Positions 42,979 through 57,000 of a stretch of DNA of 64,000 bases are shown one piece after another (positions within the stretch are counted from its first letter, which is position 1; every line of letters starts with the position of its first letter). A program made the position numbers and the translations under genes. Source of the stretch: Eledone cirrhosa (taxonomy: Eukaryota); the NCBI GenBank assembly GCA_964016885.1, contig OZ024742.1, positions 266,910,001-266,974,000 of the forward strand, written 5' to 3'. The notes under the pieces are model-generated. The model was not told the DNA's origin. It made no database searches and worked only from the letters and a program-made list of their open reading frames with translations.

Positions 42979-43025
42979 TGCTACGATGATTCCAAACGAC
43001 TGTTTGGAAGAAACGATTGTCAGCA
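42979..43025 (+). ncRNA. Degenerate minimal type-I hammerhead ribozyme (PLE-type)
   Basis: tgct-ACGATGA-ttccaaac(gact)gtttggaa-GAAAC-gatt-GTC-agca followed by AATAAA; the core deviates from CTGATGA. Confidence 0.55.
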
Positions 43026-43588
43026 ATAAAATGTATTAAACATAGATTTGATTGTTCTGTACTTTATATATATATATATAAATTATTAATACAATAACAG
43101 AGATAGTTTAAAGCTAATCTCTGACTGGTAACCATCTCACTCAACAAACATTAGGTTATATTTTAATATAAACCCAATTTAAGTGTTTGGGGTGCTAACA
43201 ATATGTATTATGTGGAAAAGCCAGTTGTATTATTTTATGAGATATAATTAAAGTTAAAATATATCTCTCATTCCAAACAATTGTTTCATTATAAGTTTTC
43301 TTCAAATTCAGAGAATATTTCCAGTTTATGTAGAAGCCTAATATACATTCATGTAAGAATATATTTAGGTGGGAGCTTATAAATCATCAGTGGAAGCCCA
43401 TTAAACTTTGATATAAGAAAAACATTTCTTACCACAGTTAAAAATCGTGTCTGTTAAGTTGCTCCTTCCCGCATCGAATGACCGGTAAATTTGAAATTCC
43501 AGCAGTTTTTGACTGAGGAAGTATTATAGCGTCACTAAGCGGGAAGGGGAGACAACTACGATCCACGAAAGGAGGAAAGAAAAAATAT

Positions 43589-44085
43589 ACACGCGGGTTA
43601 ATCAGTTTTTTCGAAAACATTATCAATCCAACGTGTTAAGAACTCAATTGAAATTAAAAAAATAAATATATGCGTGTATAAATTACACACGCATATAGAT
43701 ATTTTCTTAGGCTAAAATCAGAGGTTGTACCTGAATAAGAAACCGCATCTCGTAATCGTAGTAAATACGGAAAGTTATGCTTTAAAGGGCAAATGGGAAT
43801 GTAAATCTCCGGCCGAATTAAGAGTAAAATATAAAACACACGCGGGTTAATTAGTTATTTCAAAACTAATATCAATTCCTCGTGTAAAGAACTCAATTAA
43901 TTTAAAAAAATGAATGTATGCATGTAATTATATACATAGGCATATATATATTTTCTTAGGCTAAAAAACAGAGAAGTTACAACCAATAAAAACCACAATA
44001 TCGCACAACAGTAATAAATACGGAAAGTCAAATTTATAAGGTACCTGGAAATAAACACCTCTGGCCAATCAAGAGTAAAATATTA
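43589..44085 (+). repeat. Diverged tandem duplication of a unit of about 248 bp
   Basis: acacgcgggttaat...aagaactcaatt...ttttcttaggctaaaa...aaatacggaaagt...aagagtaaaatat occurs twice. Confidence 0.85.
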
Positions 44086-44218
44086 ATATGATAATAATGG
44101 AGCTGCGGCGCTGCAAATGGGTTACATATGAAAAAGTTTGTCCTCATCAGTGGCCATCCAACCGTCGTAGGCATTTCGTCGCATTAAAGGCCATATACCT
44201 CAGGTTATGTGTGTGTGT

Positions 44219-44284
<66 letters not shown>

Positions 44285-45021
44285 GTGTGTGCGTGTGTGC
44301 TTGTGCGTGCGTGTGTGTGTTAATATATATTTTCACACGCACACACATATATATCATTTAAATATAATCTATATGCATGTATACACATCTACCTTCCTAC
44401 ATTAATGTTTTTGTAATCCTTATATTTTCATCTTGTATTTTAGCAATGTCATTTAACCTCTCCTGATTTAGTCCTTTACATATATTCTTCTTATTAAACT
44501 TGATTTCCAAACGGAGATCGTCTTATGTTATTTCATATTCCCGTTATACGTTTTCCTCGTGCAACTCGTATCTTTATGAAATACACCAAAATATAGTAAT
44601 TCAATTATACCTAGCTATATATTTCAATGTAATTTCTGTCAACACTCAGTTCGTATCTCTTAGTCTCCAACAACTACCTGCAATCACACCTGCGCATATA
44701 TCTACAACATACATCTATGACTTGATTACTTAAGTTGTTTTCGCATTTCGTGTTAACTCCACTCCTTATAGTGAAAATATACTCTTCAGCCCTTAGTATG
44801 CTATCATTTATTCTATTCCTAACACAATTTGTTGAGAAACTGTCACATTGCTACAGTTTTATAAACTTACTAATATTCATATAACTTATGTATATCTAAA
44901 ACTTCAAATCGGATTTATGACATTCCAAATAAATGTGTAATAACAATACAGTAGCCAACCAATGAAATATACAGCGTCAGACACCAACCAAAGGACTCAA
45001 CAACCGAAAGAGCAGTTACTG

Positions 45022-45088
<67 letters not shown>

Positions 45089-45550
45089 TATATTTATTTA
45101 TTTATATTTCCCTTAAGCCATTATTGTTTGTTTGGGTATGGTTGTTGTTGTTATTCCATTGGTTCTTTCTCTTCAACTTAGGTCTTCTTAGTTCTATCTC
45201 AGTTGGTTCTCTGATTTGCCTACCTGTTGAGTCATTTCTATGCTTAGAAAGAATGAATGGAATAACAACAACCATACCCAAACAAACAATACTGACTTAA
45301 GGGAAATATAAATAAATAAATAAATAAATAAATAAATATATAGACAAGTGCAATAACAACAAACATAAATAAACACACACTAGTGAACAAAGATAGAATA
45401 CAAAAACAAAAACACATACACTGAAACGCGAACACAGACACCAAACATTATACAGACCCGCAAACGCATGCGCAGAGACAGATACAAGAATAAATGAATA
45501 AATAAATAAAATAAAAATGGCGTAGACATTACAATACAATCGGAGGAAAC

Positions 45551-45604
45551 ATAATAGTACCACTGATGATGTCGTAGATGTGCGACGAAAGAACTTTGAT
45601 AAAC

Positions 45605-45635
<31 letters not shown>

Positions 45636-45705
45636 TTTTAACCGCTGGTCAATCAATGATAAACATTGATTGCCAAATAAATTAACTATGGAGATATAAA
45701 AGATA
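45551..45705 (+). ncRNA. Penelope pLTR with hammerhead-like core
   Basis: CTGATGA (45563-45569)-t-gtcgta(gatg)tgcgac-GAAA; inverted homologue of 40376-40523. Confidence 0.6.
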
Positions 45706-46049
45706 CGTATACATACATATATATACACATACATATATATATATAATTGTAATCTATTGACTTCAGTAACCTTTAGTGAATTTATAATGAAACTTCTAAG
45801 TTTCATGCGAAGGTCACGCGCTTAAAGCGGGATGAAGGGTTGTATCATCTATACAAATTTATCGAAAAAGACTCGAACCAATGGTTCAAAGGGTGAACAG
45901 TTTGAGAGGTATAATACGACTTTGGGAAACACCAGAATTTATAGAATTGCATTTTTGAAGGATTTGGTTTGCTAGTTCCAAACAATGGAAGCTGAATCTT
46001 ATGTGATCTTGCTGTCCATAGATTTGACTCTTAAATTTGACTACTTAAA

Positions 46050-48960
46050 CAGCACTGGTCGTCACTGTTTGGAGAAAGAACGCATACGTGTTTGTGTATG
46101 TTCAGCGGGTCCTGTCAACTGGTCGGGCTGAATCCCCAAGCGAGATCCACCAGGTACCCAACCACCTTGCTCGGGGTCTACCCCTGGGTCTCCTTCCGGC
46201 TGGTTTTGCTCGTTAAATCTGTCCAGCGATTCTTTCTTGAAACATTCTAACCACATACCCATAGTAACGGAGCTGTGATCAGTCATTTTTGAGAAGTAAC
46301 GGCTCTACCTGTAGTGACTATTTGATCTTCGAGCTACTCCAAAGAACCTTCGGAGTAAACGGATTTCGGCTGCTGGTATTTGCGATCGTATTCTTCCGGC
46401 ATTAACCAAGATGCATGACCATAGGTAAGGGTTGGCGCGAATACCGAATTGAAGATAGTGAGTTTGGCTTTTACGCCTACCTCCCTTCTTATGATTACTG
46501 AATGCTGAATCTGGCGTATTACTGCACCAGTTCCTGCAATTCTTGCATTTAATCCAGCCTCCTGCCTTCTATCACCCGTGAACACGGCCCAGAGATACTT
46601 GAACGTCTCTACCTGCTTCAGTGGAAGTCCATTCACATGCTTAGTGAATGCAGGCTTCGTTGAGAAGATGAGTGCCTCAGTTTTTGCCGGACTAATTTTC
46701 ATTCCAGCCACGTAGCACTCGGCATCACACCTATCGAATTCAAGTCGAAGATGACCTTCTTTCGAGTTAAGTAACAGAAGGTCATCTGCAAATTCCAGCA
46801 GAGTGATTTTACTCCCGGCAGTCATGATACTACTTCCAACCCGGGTGTGAATGTTAATCCTGTCCATGTAAATAATAAACTGGAGAGGTGACATTAAGCA
46901 CCCTTGGCGGTGTATGACACCAACATTGAATAGTTTTGATTTAGTACCATTTATCCGAACACAAATACTCGGGTATTCGTATAGAGACATCACGGCAACA
47001 GGAATCTGACCATCGATCCCATACTCGACAACACAAGAACATAACTATTGATAATTGTCATACGGTTCCCCGAAGACCTGCCGCAGTGTGATTAAATGCT
47101 CTGCTGTGCTGCGTCCACGCTAGCTTGGACTCGACAATCTCCATGCATCTCTTTGCCAAGCACTTAACATAGATTTTACCGGAGAGGCTTAACAGGGAGA
47201 TCTCTTTATAATTGGAACAATCTCTCTTGTTTTCCCTTTTGAAAATTGTGATTATCATTCCAATGGTGACTTTTCAGAGATTCAGGCCACCCGGCACCTT
47301 TATGTAAGGCTTTTAACATCTCGGGCCATAATTCATCTTCACCAACAGTTTTGTCACATTTGAGCTCTTTAATTGCTCTTGTAATCTCATCCTCCGAGAG
47401 ATAGTCACCGCTACCAGTTGTACCTCGTGTACACCAGAAGATAGTGTTGTGATCATGTTCACGAGACCAGCAAAGTGTTCTCTCCACCACGAGGATACAA
47501 TTCTCTGAAGAGAAGAGAATCCCGGGTGCGTTCTTGATAGCAAGAGTGGAGGACAGTTTCTTATTACGAAGTCGGTTGATGGTCTGCCAGAAGACTTTAG
47601 TTGGTGATTTGAAGTCGGATTCCAGCTTAACACCAAAGACCTCCCTACTGAAGCTGTTAAATGTTGCGGACAAAGGAGGCTTCCTGTGGCGCCGGATGGC
47701 AGGAGGGCCCAAAGACTTTACTTTGGTCACCTTTACTGTCTCTGCCGCGATTCCTCGTGTCTGCTTGTGAAAGAAGGAGGACTTATTTCCAAGCCAAGCT
47801 TTGTAAAACTCCTTCTTTGCTTAGATGGCATCTCTGACCTCATTATTGAACCAAGGGGTCCTCCTGCTATCCGTTGCTACAGCAAACCTCTTTTCTTCGC
47901 AACATTTAACAACATCAGTTGAAGCTACTGAGCTGAACAATCTCCATTTTGTCTCAACGTCCTCAGTTTGCTCAAGGAGTTCTTTGAATTTGTATGCAAT
48001 AGTATCTGCATACCTGATACGGACTTCTTTATCCCCCAATGCTTCTCACTTTATCCTGTAGGTCGCCCTGGAACTGCCAGTTTCGTATGCTTCTTTAGCT
48101 TTAGTTGCAAATTGCAGATAATTAAATGATGATCGGTTGACAGGTCAGCCCTTCCCTTAACACCAACATCCAGCTCAGAATCAAACAGATCAGAGTCAAT
48201 AACAGAATCAATGATTGATCTCTGTCCCTTATACCATGTATATCTATGGATGTCTCAGTGCTGTAAGAAGTTCATAATAGAGAGTCCATTGCTAGAACAG
48301 AAGTCTAGTATGGCCTCACAATTCGTATTTAGATAGGGGTCCCCATTCCTTTCGATATCAGGTCGTCATTGCCAACATGTGCATTGAAGTCTCCAATCAG
48401 GATATATGACTCAGTCTTAAGTACATCTAACGCTTCAGTACATCTAAACTTGCATCACCCACAGAGACCTATCTTTCCGCCTAAGCTTCAAGAGGCGAAT
48501 GCTCTCCCCTAATGTGATCCAGTCCATAACACACGCTAACAGCCGGGGGCTTGTGAGTATTTCAAATCCCACCTGTACAGTTATTTCTTGCGCCCCACCT
48601 GAATAGTTGAATTTCCATCCTCCATCCAATTCTACAGTATACGAGGTACGGTATTTTGTTGAGGGATCCCCGACTATATCTAGCCGGTAGCATCTGGACT
48701 CCACCACTACCACCTGCTCGTTACCTGTAAGGATTGTGATGTTACAGGTTGCAATTGTCAAGGTTTTCTCACTTCCGGACCCTCTTTGGGGATACGCAAT
48801 CTTTGTGCATTCATCCCACGCCTCTCAGTATTGGTCGCAGGCCCATCGCCAGATTTTTGCGGCATGAAATGGAGAGCGCAATTTCTTTTCTAATGGCCAC
48901 CCTACCTACGGCCTGAACGTGTCCCTTGTTAACCCGCGCGAAGAACGACGTGGTATGTTT
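46050..48960 (-). mobile_element. Near full-length degenerate RTE-clade LINE
   Basis: APE start TIATCNITILTG.E; IFKRENKRDCSNYKEISLLS; RQGCLMSPLQFIIYMD; LEFADDL; FKYLWAVF; many disablements. Confidence 0.9.
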
Positions 48961-51129
48961 CTTTTTTATTTCCTCCTCATATTGCAGTTTCAGTTTCAGT
49001 GGTCTTCGTGTCAGTCACACATTCTGTTACTTTGTTAAACCCACGAAGACTAGGCTTTTTTGGAGGCGGCCTTTACTCGCCACGTCGTAGCTAAGTCACT
49101 TGCTTGTGAGGGTTTTCTTGGGAGCGACAGGTGTCAACCATTGATCTATCTCCCCTAGTAGTTTACTGTTATTGGTCGGAGTTGCTTATTCGTCCGGCAG
49201 TTGCCCGTTTATATCGCAACTAGTCATCATATCTGGTGACCGTATCGCTATCAACCGCCTGCGACCCGTTCTCTATCAGAACAGCTCTGCCGAGAAATAT
49301 GGAGTTAGTTCTGCAAATGAAGGGAGAGATCTGGTGGAGAAAAGACTTTTTGGGCGAATACACTTTACTTTTTGAGGCGGGAAAACCTGCAACATAAGAA
49401 AAGAAAGATAAACTCTCCGTAAATGTCTCTTTCAATAGGCAGCACATATATCACACTCACACATTCACACACGTACACAATCAAACACACACGCACACAC
49501 ACATATACACACGCATACACACACACATACTAACACACACAAATCACAGATATATGCTTTGATAACAGAAAGCTTATGTCTATATATGTTTGTATATGGA
49601 CTGACTATGGTGTGAAGACCTGAAATACTATAAATCAGAGTAGTACGTGATTCATAGTGAGATACAGAGTATTCATACTATTGAAGTAAAGGTCCAACCG
49701 TGACCTGGGGAAGTTCCCGCTTACAACATCTCCACGTGTCTTCACGTAAGCTTTCTGTTAATAACAATCCCTCAAAAGGATTGGAGAGGTTACAAGCTGA
49801 AATCGTCTGGGCTCGCTGTTAGACATTTACCTTTTAGATGAATAATTTTGAGATGTCCCTACAATGAAATTGTCTCTGGAACCTAACATAGTTTAGCGTC
49901 ATCGTGTAGCAACAGTAAAAAGAAAGGGAGAAGGTTGACTAAATGTAATGTTCATACTCCTGAACCACTATCGAAGAGATTCTGACCTCCAGAGGCAAAT
50001 ATGAATTAACCTTGCGTTCAGATTTCTGGCAGAAATCTTATTAACTACGCGCAATGTTGACATCTTAGAATATATATTGTATTGATATCATAATGTTGTT
50101 GGTTATTGTTAATCGGAGATAAAGCAATATTTTATCGATGATTCATTTCCCTACTGTCTTTTCAAAAGGCTATTATTAATATTTTATTAGATGGCAAACT
50201 TCTTAAATATTGCCAAGCTTCATGAACAGTTTAATAACTTTTTTCGAGAAATTATTCGCCAAGGTTAATAAATCAAAATGAATCTGTCACATATTGTCTG
50301 TTTGTTTCTGCGTTCGTTTGCGTGTTTGTTGGCGCAGTAAATCTTAGAATAGAGAATTACGCGCAGTTCATAGATAGAAGGTTGGTTGTAAAGGAATAAC
50401 CTCCCACTCGTGATATTGAATAAATAAGTAATAACATTGTATGTTCAACGTATATGCAAAATAGAATGAAGTTCCCATTCAATGTCTAAAGAATAATACA
50501 TAAACTTAGGATAAAAATTGGTTTACTCCAATGTCAATAGAAAAGGCAATTATTTAAAGGCTTAGGAATATCATCGATTAACTTGATCAGTAATATATCA
50601 CTGGTACATATCTTATCAAATATAAGCGTGGACTTCATCCCTGAGGGGTTTGATATAAGTGTATAAATTATCTAACGTATTTTATCCTGCGAAATAGGTG
50701 TAGTATAGTAAGGAGAACTGAATTTGAAAGAAAAAACTGACCTACACGGCTAATGTCAAAGTAAATTAATCACGGTTTAGGATGACTGCATATAAAATAA
50801 TCTCTTTATATATATAATTACTGGTTTTCCATACTTGCAAGGAAACTGTGCCAGTTACCAGCTGTCAGAAGTGAGACGAATATATTTGACGTCTCTATTA
50901 AAAAATGAAGAAAAATGTGAATGTAACGGTTTATATGTGTTCTTAAAGGGCTACAAGGTTTCTTCTAATATTAATCTTAAATCCCATCATATGTATGTAT
51001 GTATGTTTGTATGTATGTATGTATGTATGTATGTATGTATGTATGTATGTATGTATGTATGTATGTGCGTTTGTGTGCGTATGTGTGTGTATGAATGTGT
51101 GTATGTATGTATGTATGTGAGAGTGTATG

Positions 51130-51163
<34 letters not shown>

Positions 51164-51229
51164 TGTATGTATGTATGTATGTATGTATGTGAGAGTGTAT
51201 TTATGTAATTTTTGAGAGAGAAGGCTACT

Positions 51230-52050
51230 CTGAAAAACCTGCGGTTAATGGAACTATCGATCATCCTGCATCTGCTTGTCATTGGACTCTGGCTGTTGAT
51301 ACTCTGGCTGTTGACACAAGCACATATCACTTTGATCCCCTTGTGCAGATATCTCTTCAAAACCCTGTGGCGATGGGGAAGCAGCGACGTATACAGCCCT
51401 AACAAGTTGGAGTTAAGCAGTTGCTAATCTACACGCAGGCGGCTTAATGCTTATCTAACGTCGTTTTCGGAATAGTAACTGTATTGGGTGAAAACTGCTC
51501 ACTCGAATTTTAGGTGATGTCTGGAAACGGTGGCCAAAATATTGTCTATATCACCATCAAGTTGGTTAGCTGCCTGAGATTGACGACTGTTCATACCAGC
51601 AGGAATAACAAGATGAAGAAAAGTAATTTTCAAAAGAATTGAATTGCATTGAATGTTAGAACACTTCTTGACAGAGAATCATCCACAAATCCAGAACGTA
51701 GAACTGCTATTGTTGGCAGAGAACTGAGCAAGCAAAATATTGATATAGCTGCACTCTCCGAAATTCGTCTTAGTGGGGAAGGTCATCTATCAGAGAGGAG
51801 TGCTGGCTATACGTTCTTCTGGAAAGGAAAACCAAATGAGTAGAAAAGGAATGAGGAGAAAGTTTTGTTTTCCGGACAGAGGTCATTAAGTTACTGGGGC
51901 AACCGCAACACATAAGTGATCGAATTATGCACCCTAGACTTCCTCTTTAAAGGGGACGTTTCATAATTGTCATTTCAGTGTATGTCCCTACCCTGCATAA
52001 TAACCAGGAATCAATCATAGCTTTTACCAAGATTTACGAGTGTGTATAAC
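51230..52050 (+). mobile_element. 5' fragment of RTE/BovB-like LINE (UTR and APE)
   Basis: NVRTLLDRESSTNPERRTAIVGRELSKQNIDIAALSEIRLSGEG..YTFFWKG. Confidence 0.85.
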
Positions 52051-52399
52051 AAGGGCTATCAAAGTGGGTGGTATCACCCCCTTCACCCCGGGGGAATTGA
52101 GAAGGTCCAGGGGGCGCTGGGTGGTGGTGGTGGCGGTAACAGTATATGGTGGTGGTAACAGTATATTAAATATCAAATGATACATATTATATATAAATAT
52201 AGTAAAATAAAAAATATATATTTATTTATACATAGTATATATCATATTATATACCAGTAATGTACTGGGTAATTTGCTGGCCGTGTGCCAAAGGTAGAAA
52301 CAATTATTTATTATATATAAACTAACGATTTTATTTATTATATATTATTTACAATTTGCGTCTAGGCAGGTCTCTCTGGAAATATACGGGGGGGGGGGG

Positions 52400-53870
52400 G
52401 GGGCTGAGGGTTTTATGTGGCTGGGAGGTGGGTGGTGGCATTTTCTGTTGTGGGTGTTTTTGTCATGTGTGGAGTCCTGTTCGTATGTCTTCTATTTTTG
52501 TGTTTTTTCGGTTCAGGCTTTGATTCGTTTTTCGCAACAGTAAGACGAGAGCTCTGTCTGTAAGTGTGTTTGTGTCTGTGTGCTTAGGATTGTGATTGTG
52601 TCAATGTGTGTATTTGGGGGAGGGGTAAGAGCTTTCCTCGTTTTCCCCCTTCTTTTGGTTTTTGGTGCTGATGGTGGTGGTACTGGTTCGACTGGTGTTG
52701 CTGCTGTTTGTGGGGCTGCCGGTGTAGGTGTTAGTGGAGCTTTCCGTCTCGGCACTGGCGTTGGCAGTAACGGAGGTTTGCGGCCCTCTGCATTTTTGAG
52801 CTGAGGACAGAAGGGTCACAAATGTGTTGCTTTCCCGCAGACGAAGCAGTCTGACCCTCTACCCTTCAATGATCAACTGTATTGTGGACCCTTCCTGAAG
52901 GCGCACATCATCCGGATGTTGTTTAGTTGTTCCGATTTGGAAAAGAATCTCCAAATCCATCCCAGACCAGTCATCTCTCTCCTTCTTTCTCACGTCTATG
53001 AGGGTACTGTCGGTACCCTCCTTGATCAGGTACCCCAGGAGCCACCATAGGTTCAATCCTGGTGGGGTGCTGTTCTTTTGCCCATGTGGGACGGGTACAT
53101 CACAAAGCGATCCGTTCTGCAGGGGGCCACCGAATGTTTTATAGCAATGGCCTCGAATTTGAACAGCACCGTGATGGTGCCGAACTATTTGGCTCTTGGT
53201 TTGTATTCAATGTAATTGTTTATGCATTATGCATTTCAGTGCAGCTTTGACTTCCGCTTGGCTGGCGAGTTCCGCCTTGCGACTCTGCACCAAAATACAT
53301 CGATATTACAAAGTCTTCCTTTGAGTTGCTGCTATTGTTTTGTCTGGGATGGTTAGGTTGGCCGAGGATTTTTCTCGCCTTATCAGCTTCTTCACATGGG
53401 ACAACTACTGTGCCTTGTACGAAATACCAACTGGGAAAAATGTTTGGTTTTTTGCTGTCGCAGCTGCGAATGAGTTGTTGTTGTTGTTGCTAGTGGGCAC
53501 AATTTTTCCTTTTTCTCTTCGTTTTTGTTGGTGTTGTCGTTAACGTTGTTGTCATTTTTGTTGCTGCTGCTGGTGGTGTCATTGTTCACATTGCTCTTGT
53601 TGGTAGTGTTGTAATTGTTTCTGTTGCCGATGTTGTTGTTGTTATCGATGTGCAGTTGCTTGTGTTGTTGGTGTGGCTGTCTTCGACGCAGCATGTTGCT
53701 GTGCTGTTTATATTGTTTCTCTTCTCAAAGGAGGTCGTAGTAAAGACGGTGTTCCTCCCGTCAACGCCTGCACCACTGTCACAAGACAGCAGACTTGATG
53801 TTGGGAGGCCTGGCTCCGAACATGTTTTTTAAAGCACATTTTCGTTTTGGATAGCCGAGGGTGATGAAGG
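52400..53870 (-). mobile_element. Degenerate Tx1-like ORF1 (gag-like)
   Basis: Asn-rich N-terminus, zinc knuckle CFVCGKATHL*PFC and Pro/Thr-rich tail; same layout as ORF1 at 62-63.9 kb. Confidence 0.7.
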
Positions 53871-54096
53871 CAAGAAAGGCTGGGTTGTTTGTTTAGGTCT
53901 CCTTTTTAGGGTTTTCTACATCCCCAGCATATACGAATGTGGCCTAAAGCGGGTGCTTTCTCATGCAAGCAGGATTCGATCTCCTTTGCTGCTTCAACTG
54001 AGTGTCGACGGCCATCACACTTGCACAGCCAAGCTTGCTGAGGCGCTGTATGTTATTATACGTTCAGGGAAATTTAACAATCAACGTCATATTTCT

Positions 54097-57000
54097 TGTG
54101 TTACCTTGCGTCTCTCTGGTCCACGTGCGAGTACTGTCCGCTTGCGTCTGTCTTCACCGCCTGGTCCCACGAGTCGCCCCCGTCCTCTTGTCAGGCGTCC
54201 CCCAACTTCCGGCAATCCCCCTCCCACGGCAGCTCTACACCCTCCGGCAGCTCTACACCCTCCGGCTATCACGCGGTAGCCTCACACGACCCCTGATCTC
54301 AAGGATCAACCCCCCCCCCCATCACACTGCTCCAGCTCTAAATCCGCCATCCAGCTAGGTTGGCGGCGGCTCCGTTGCGATCTCCGCACTGTTGGGGCGG
54401 CACTTTCATTTTCCTCTTCCTCGGAGTCCGTCACCACAACGACTCTACGGACGTCCAAGACGTGACGTGGCATTCCGTCCACAGACACGTTGTTTTGGGG
54501 ATTTATGGCGGTTACCATTCCCTTTCCCCATTGAGATGTACAACGCACGTTCGGGGGCTTGACCCATACCTCCTCGCCCACTCGTACGAATGCGCTCTCT
54601 CTCTCCACCGGCTGCTGTGGTACAGTGCACGGGTGTCGCCATTCATATCCGTATATTGCTCTGTACAGCACCGACTCCTCGGCTTCTCCGACCCGCGGAG
54701 ACATGTTGTACCAGAACACTGCCTCAGTTGGCGAAATATGCCCCTTTCCGCCATGGCCCTTGATCGTGCGATGATGTCTCTCCACGATCCCATTTCTGCT
54801 CGCCCTGTATGCTGCTCTGAAGAAGCGGTTTACCTTCCACTAGTCAAGCATTTCCCTCAGCGCCTCCGAGCGAAACGCCGTGCTGTTGTCCATCAGCAAT
54901 TCATCCACAGGGCCCCGCTCCATAATATCTCTCTCAGCGTCCGCACTATATCCTCCAAAGTCCCTGGCTTCATTTCCCTCCATATCGCCATCCGCCCCGG
55001 CCCACAATCGACTATCGAAAGATACGTTCGTTGTCGGTAGTGTGTCACGTCCACCGCTAATCGCTTCCAGTTGTGCTCCACCTGGATGCTTCCAGTCTCG
55101 TGCACACCCGGGGCAGGGACGATAGACTGGTATCTGTCGCAACCTCCGACCACTCTCTGGACACTCTGTCTGCTAACATCAAAGTCAATTCTTCTGCCTA
55201 GGAACAGGGTCCTATCCACCCCCATGTGGTGCATGGTGTGCAGTCCCCTCAACTCCGAATCACTCAGCTGACATACTGCCGTTATCCCCTTCTCTGCGTC
55301 CTCCGGCGTTTCCAAACAGGCTTTCTTCACCCTGGTTAATACGTCTGCCCTGTTTTTCTCTTAGGGCACAAAAACCACACTCAACTCCAGGCCGAACTCA
55401 GTGGACAGCTCTCCCAGAGTTCCCAGGCGGCGCTTTATCAATATTTCTGCTGCCCCTCTCGTTCGCACCCTCCTCTCACTGGTAAACACTGATCTCACCC
55501 ATCCGAGTACAGTGGCCGAGTCAGTGCGGATTTCTATGGTGCGCAGCCCCCATCTCTGGGCGAGATTCACCCCTCTAGGCACAACATCCAGTTCGGCCAC
55601 GTTGATGTGGCTGTAGTATCCTACTTCCTGAGGCAGGCTGCGTCCTCGACCTCGACGCCCCCTATCTCCAGTGTGACCCCAAGTGCTATGCTGTTGGCAT
55701 CACACCATATGGTGCCGCTCTGCGATTTGGGGATGTTCCAGCGTCGTTTCACTTGGTCATCCGCCTTTACCCTCTCCACGATTCCCTGCATTATGGCCAT
55801 TGTCCTCTCTCCAGCCCTGTCAGCCCAGCTCACTCCGTCTGCTCGTCTCTTGACATAGCTGCATGCCGTCCGGAGCCACCCTGCGATCGGATAGTAGACC
55901 ACCACACATTGAGAAGAATTCCCGTCTATTCATATCGGAGCCCAGTTCCGGGACTTCGTTACCCCTCCGAGTGTGCCCGTCTTATCCCTTTGCAACCTGA
56001 GTCCTAGCGCGGCTTCTCCTTCCATCACCTCCAGCGGTTTCGCGGTCAGCCCGAACCTTCCCAAGTGGCCTGAACTTCTTCTGCTGACACCACCGTCTCG
56101 TCCACCAAGATGTCGTCGTTGATGAGTTGGTGGCCCTATTCACCTTGTCCGCTTTCTCCAGAATGGCCTTGAGGACCGTCGCCATGATTTCTGGCGCAGA
56201 GTTCAATCCGAAGTCAAGCCTGGTCCGGCAGAATGTCTGGCCCTTATACCTGACCAGCTGATATTTCCACAGCTTCTGATCCACGTGTAACTGAAGATAT
56301 GCCGACTTTAAGTCGACAATCGTGGAGGCCCCCGTCATCCGCCTCCACTCTTGCAAAGTTTCCCCGCAAACATCCGTGACCTCACCGCCTGTGTGGAATG
56401 ACACGTGTTCGTTCAGCTCACGAAAGTCCAGCACCGGCCTAACCTTGTTCTTCGTTGGCTACACCACTGCCATCAGCGGCAACACTCTACGCTTCACCTC
56501 CTCCTACCAAGGAAGCAGTATATCCTCCTTGATCCATCTCTGTACCTCTCCCTCAAGCTCGCTTCTGGCATTTCCTTTCACAGTATGCTGATAGCAGCCC
56601 ACTCTGTTCTTTAGCATTGGTGGCTCTTTCTTCCAGTACCACTCAACTACCCACCGCTGCTCATCGAACACCGCCCTGAAATCCTTGTCCTGTATAGTAT
56701 TTTATTCGTGGATCGCCCTGTTCTTCGTGGATTCTCCCAGCACGCTCACAGCACATGATGTCCTCTCGTTACCAAACCTCACTCCGACTTCAGTCACTGT
56801 AACACTTCCAAGGCAGCCAATCGTGTCCATGCCCATTACTACATCGATTACATCCACCACCTGGTTAAGCACGATCGCCCGAAGCCTAATTTTTCTTCCC
56901 CGTACCACCATCGACACCTCGCTGGTACCTCTGTATCTAATCTCCCTTTCGTCGACTGCCCTTATACTGCTCATCACGCTCCCCCCTTTTAACCACCTCC

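Noticed and set aside
54360-55040. 226-aa + strand ORF
   Set aside because: Antisense shadow of the GC-rich Gypsy integrase region.
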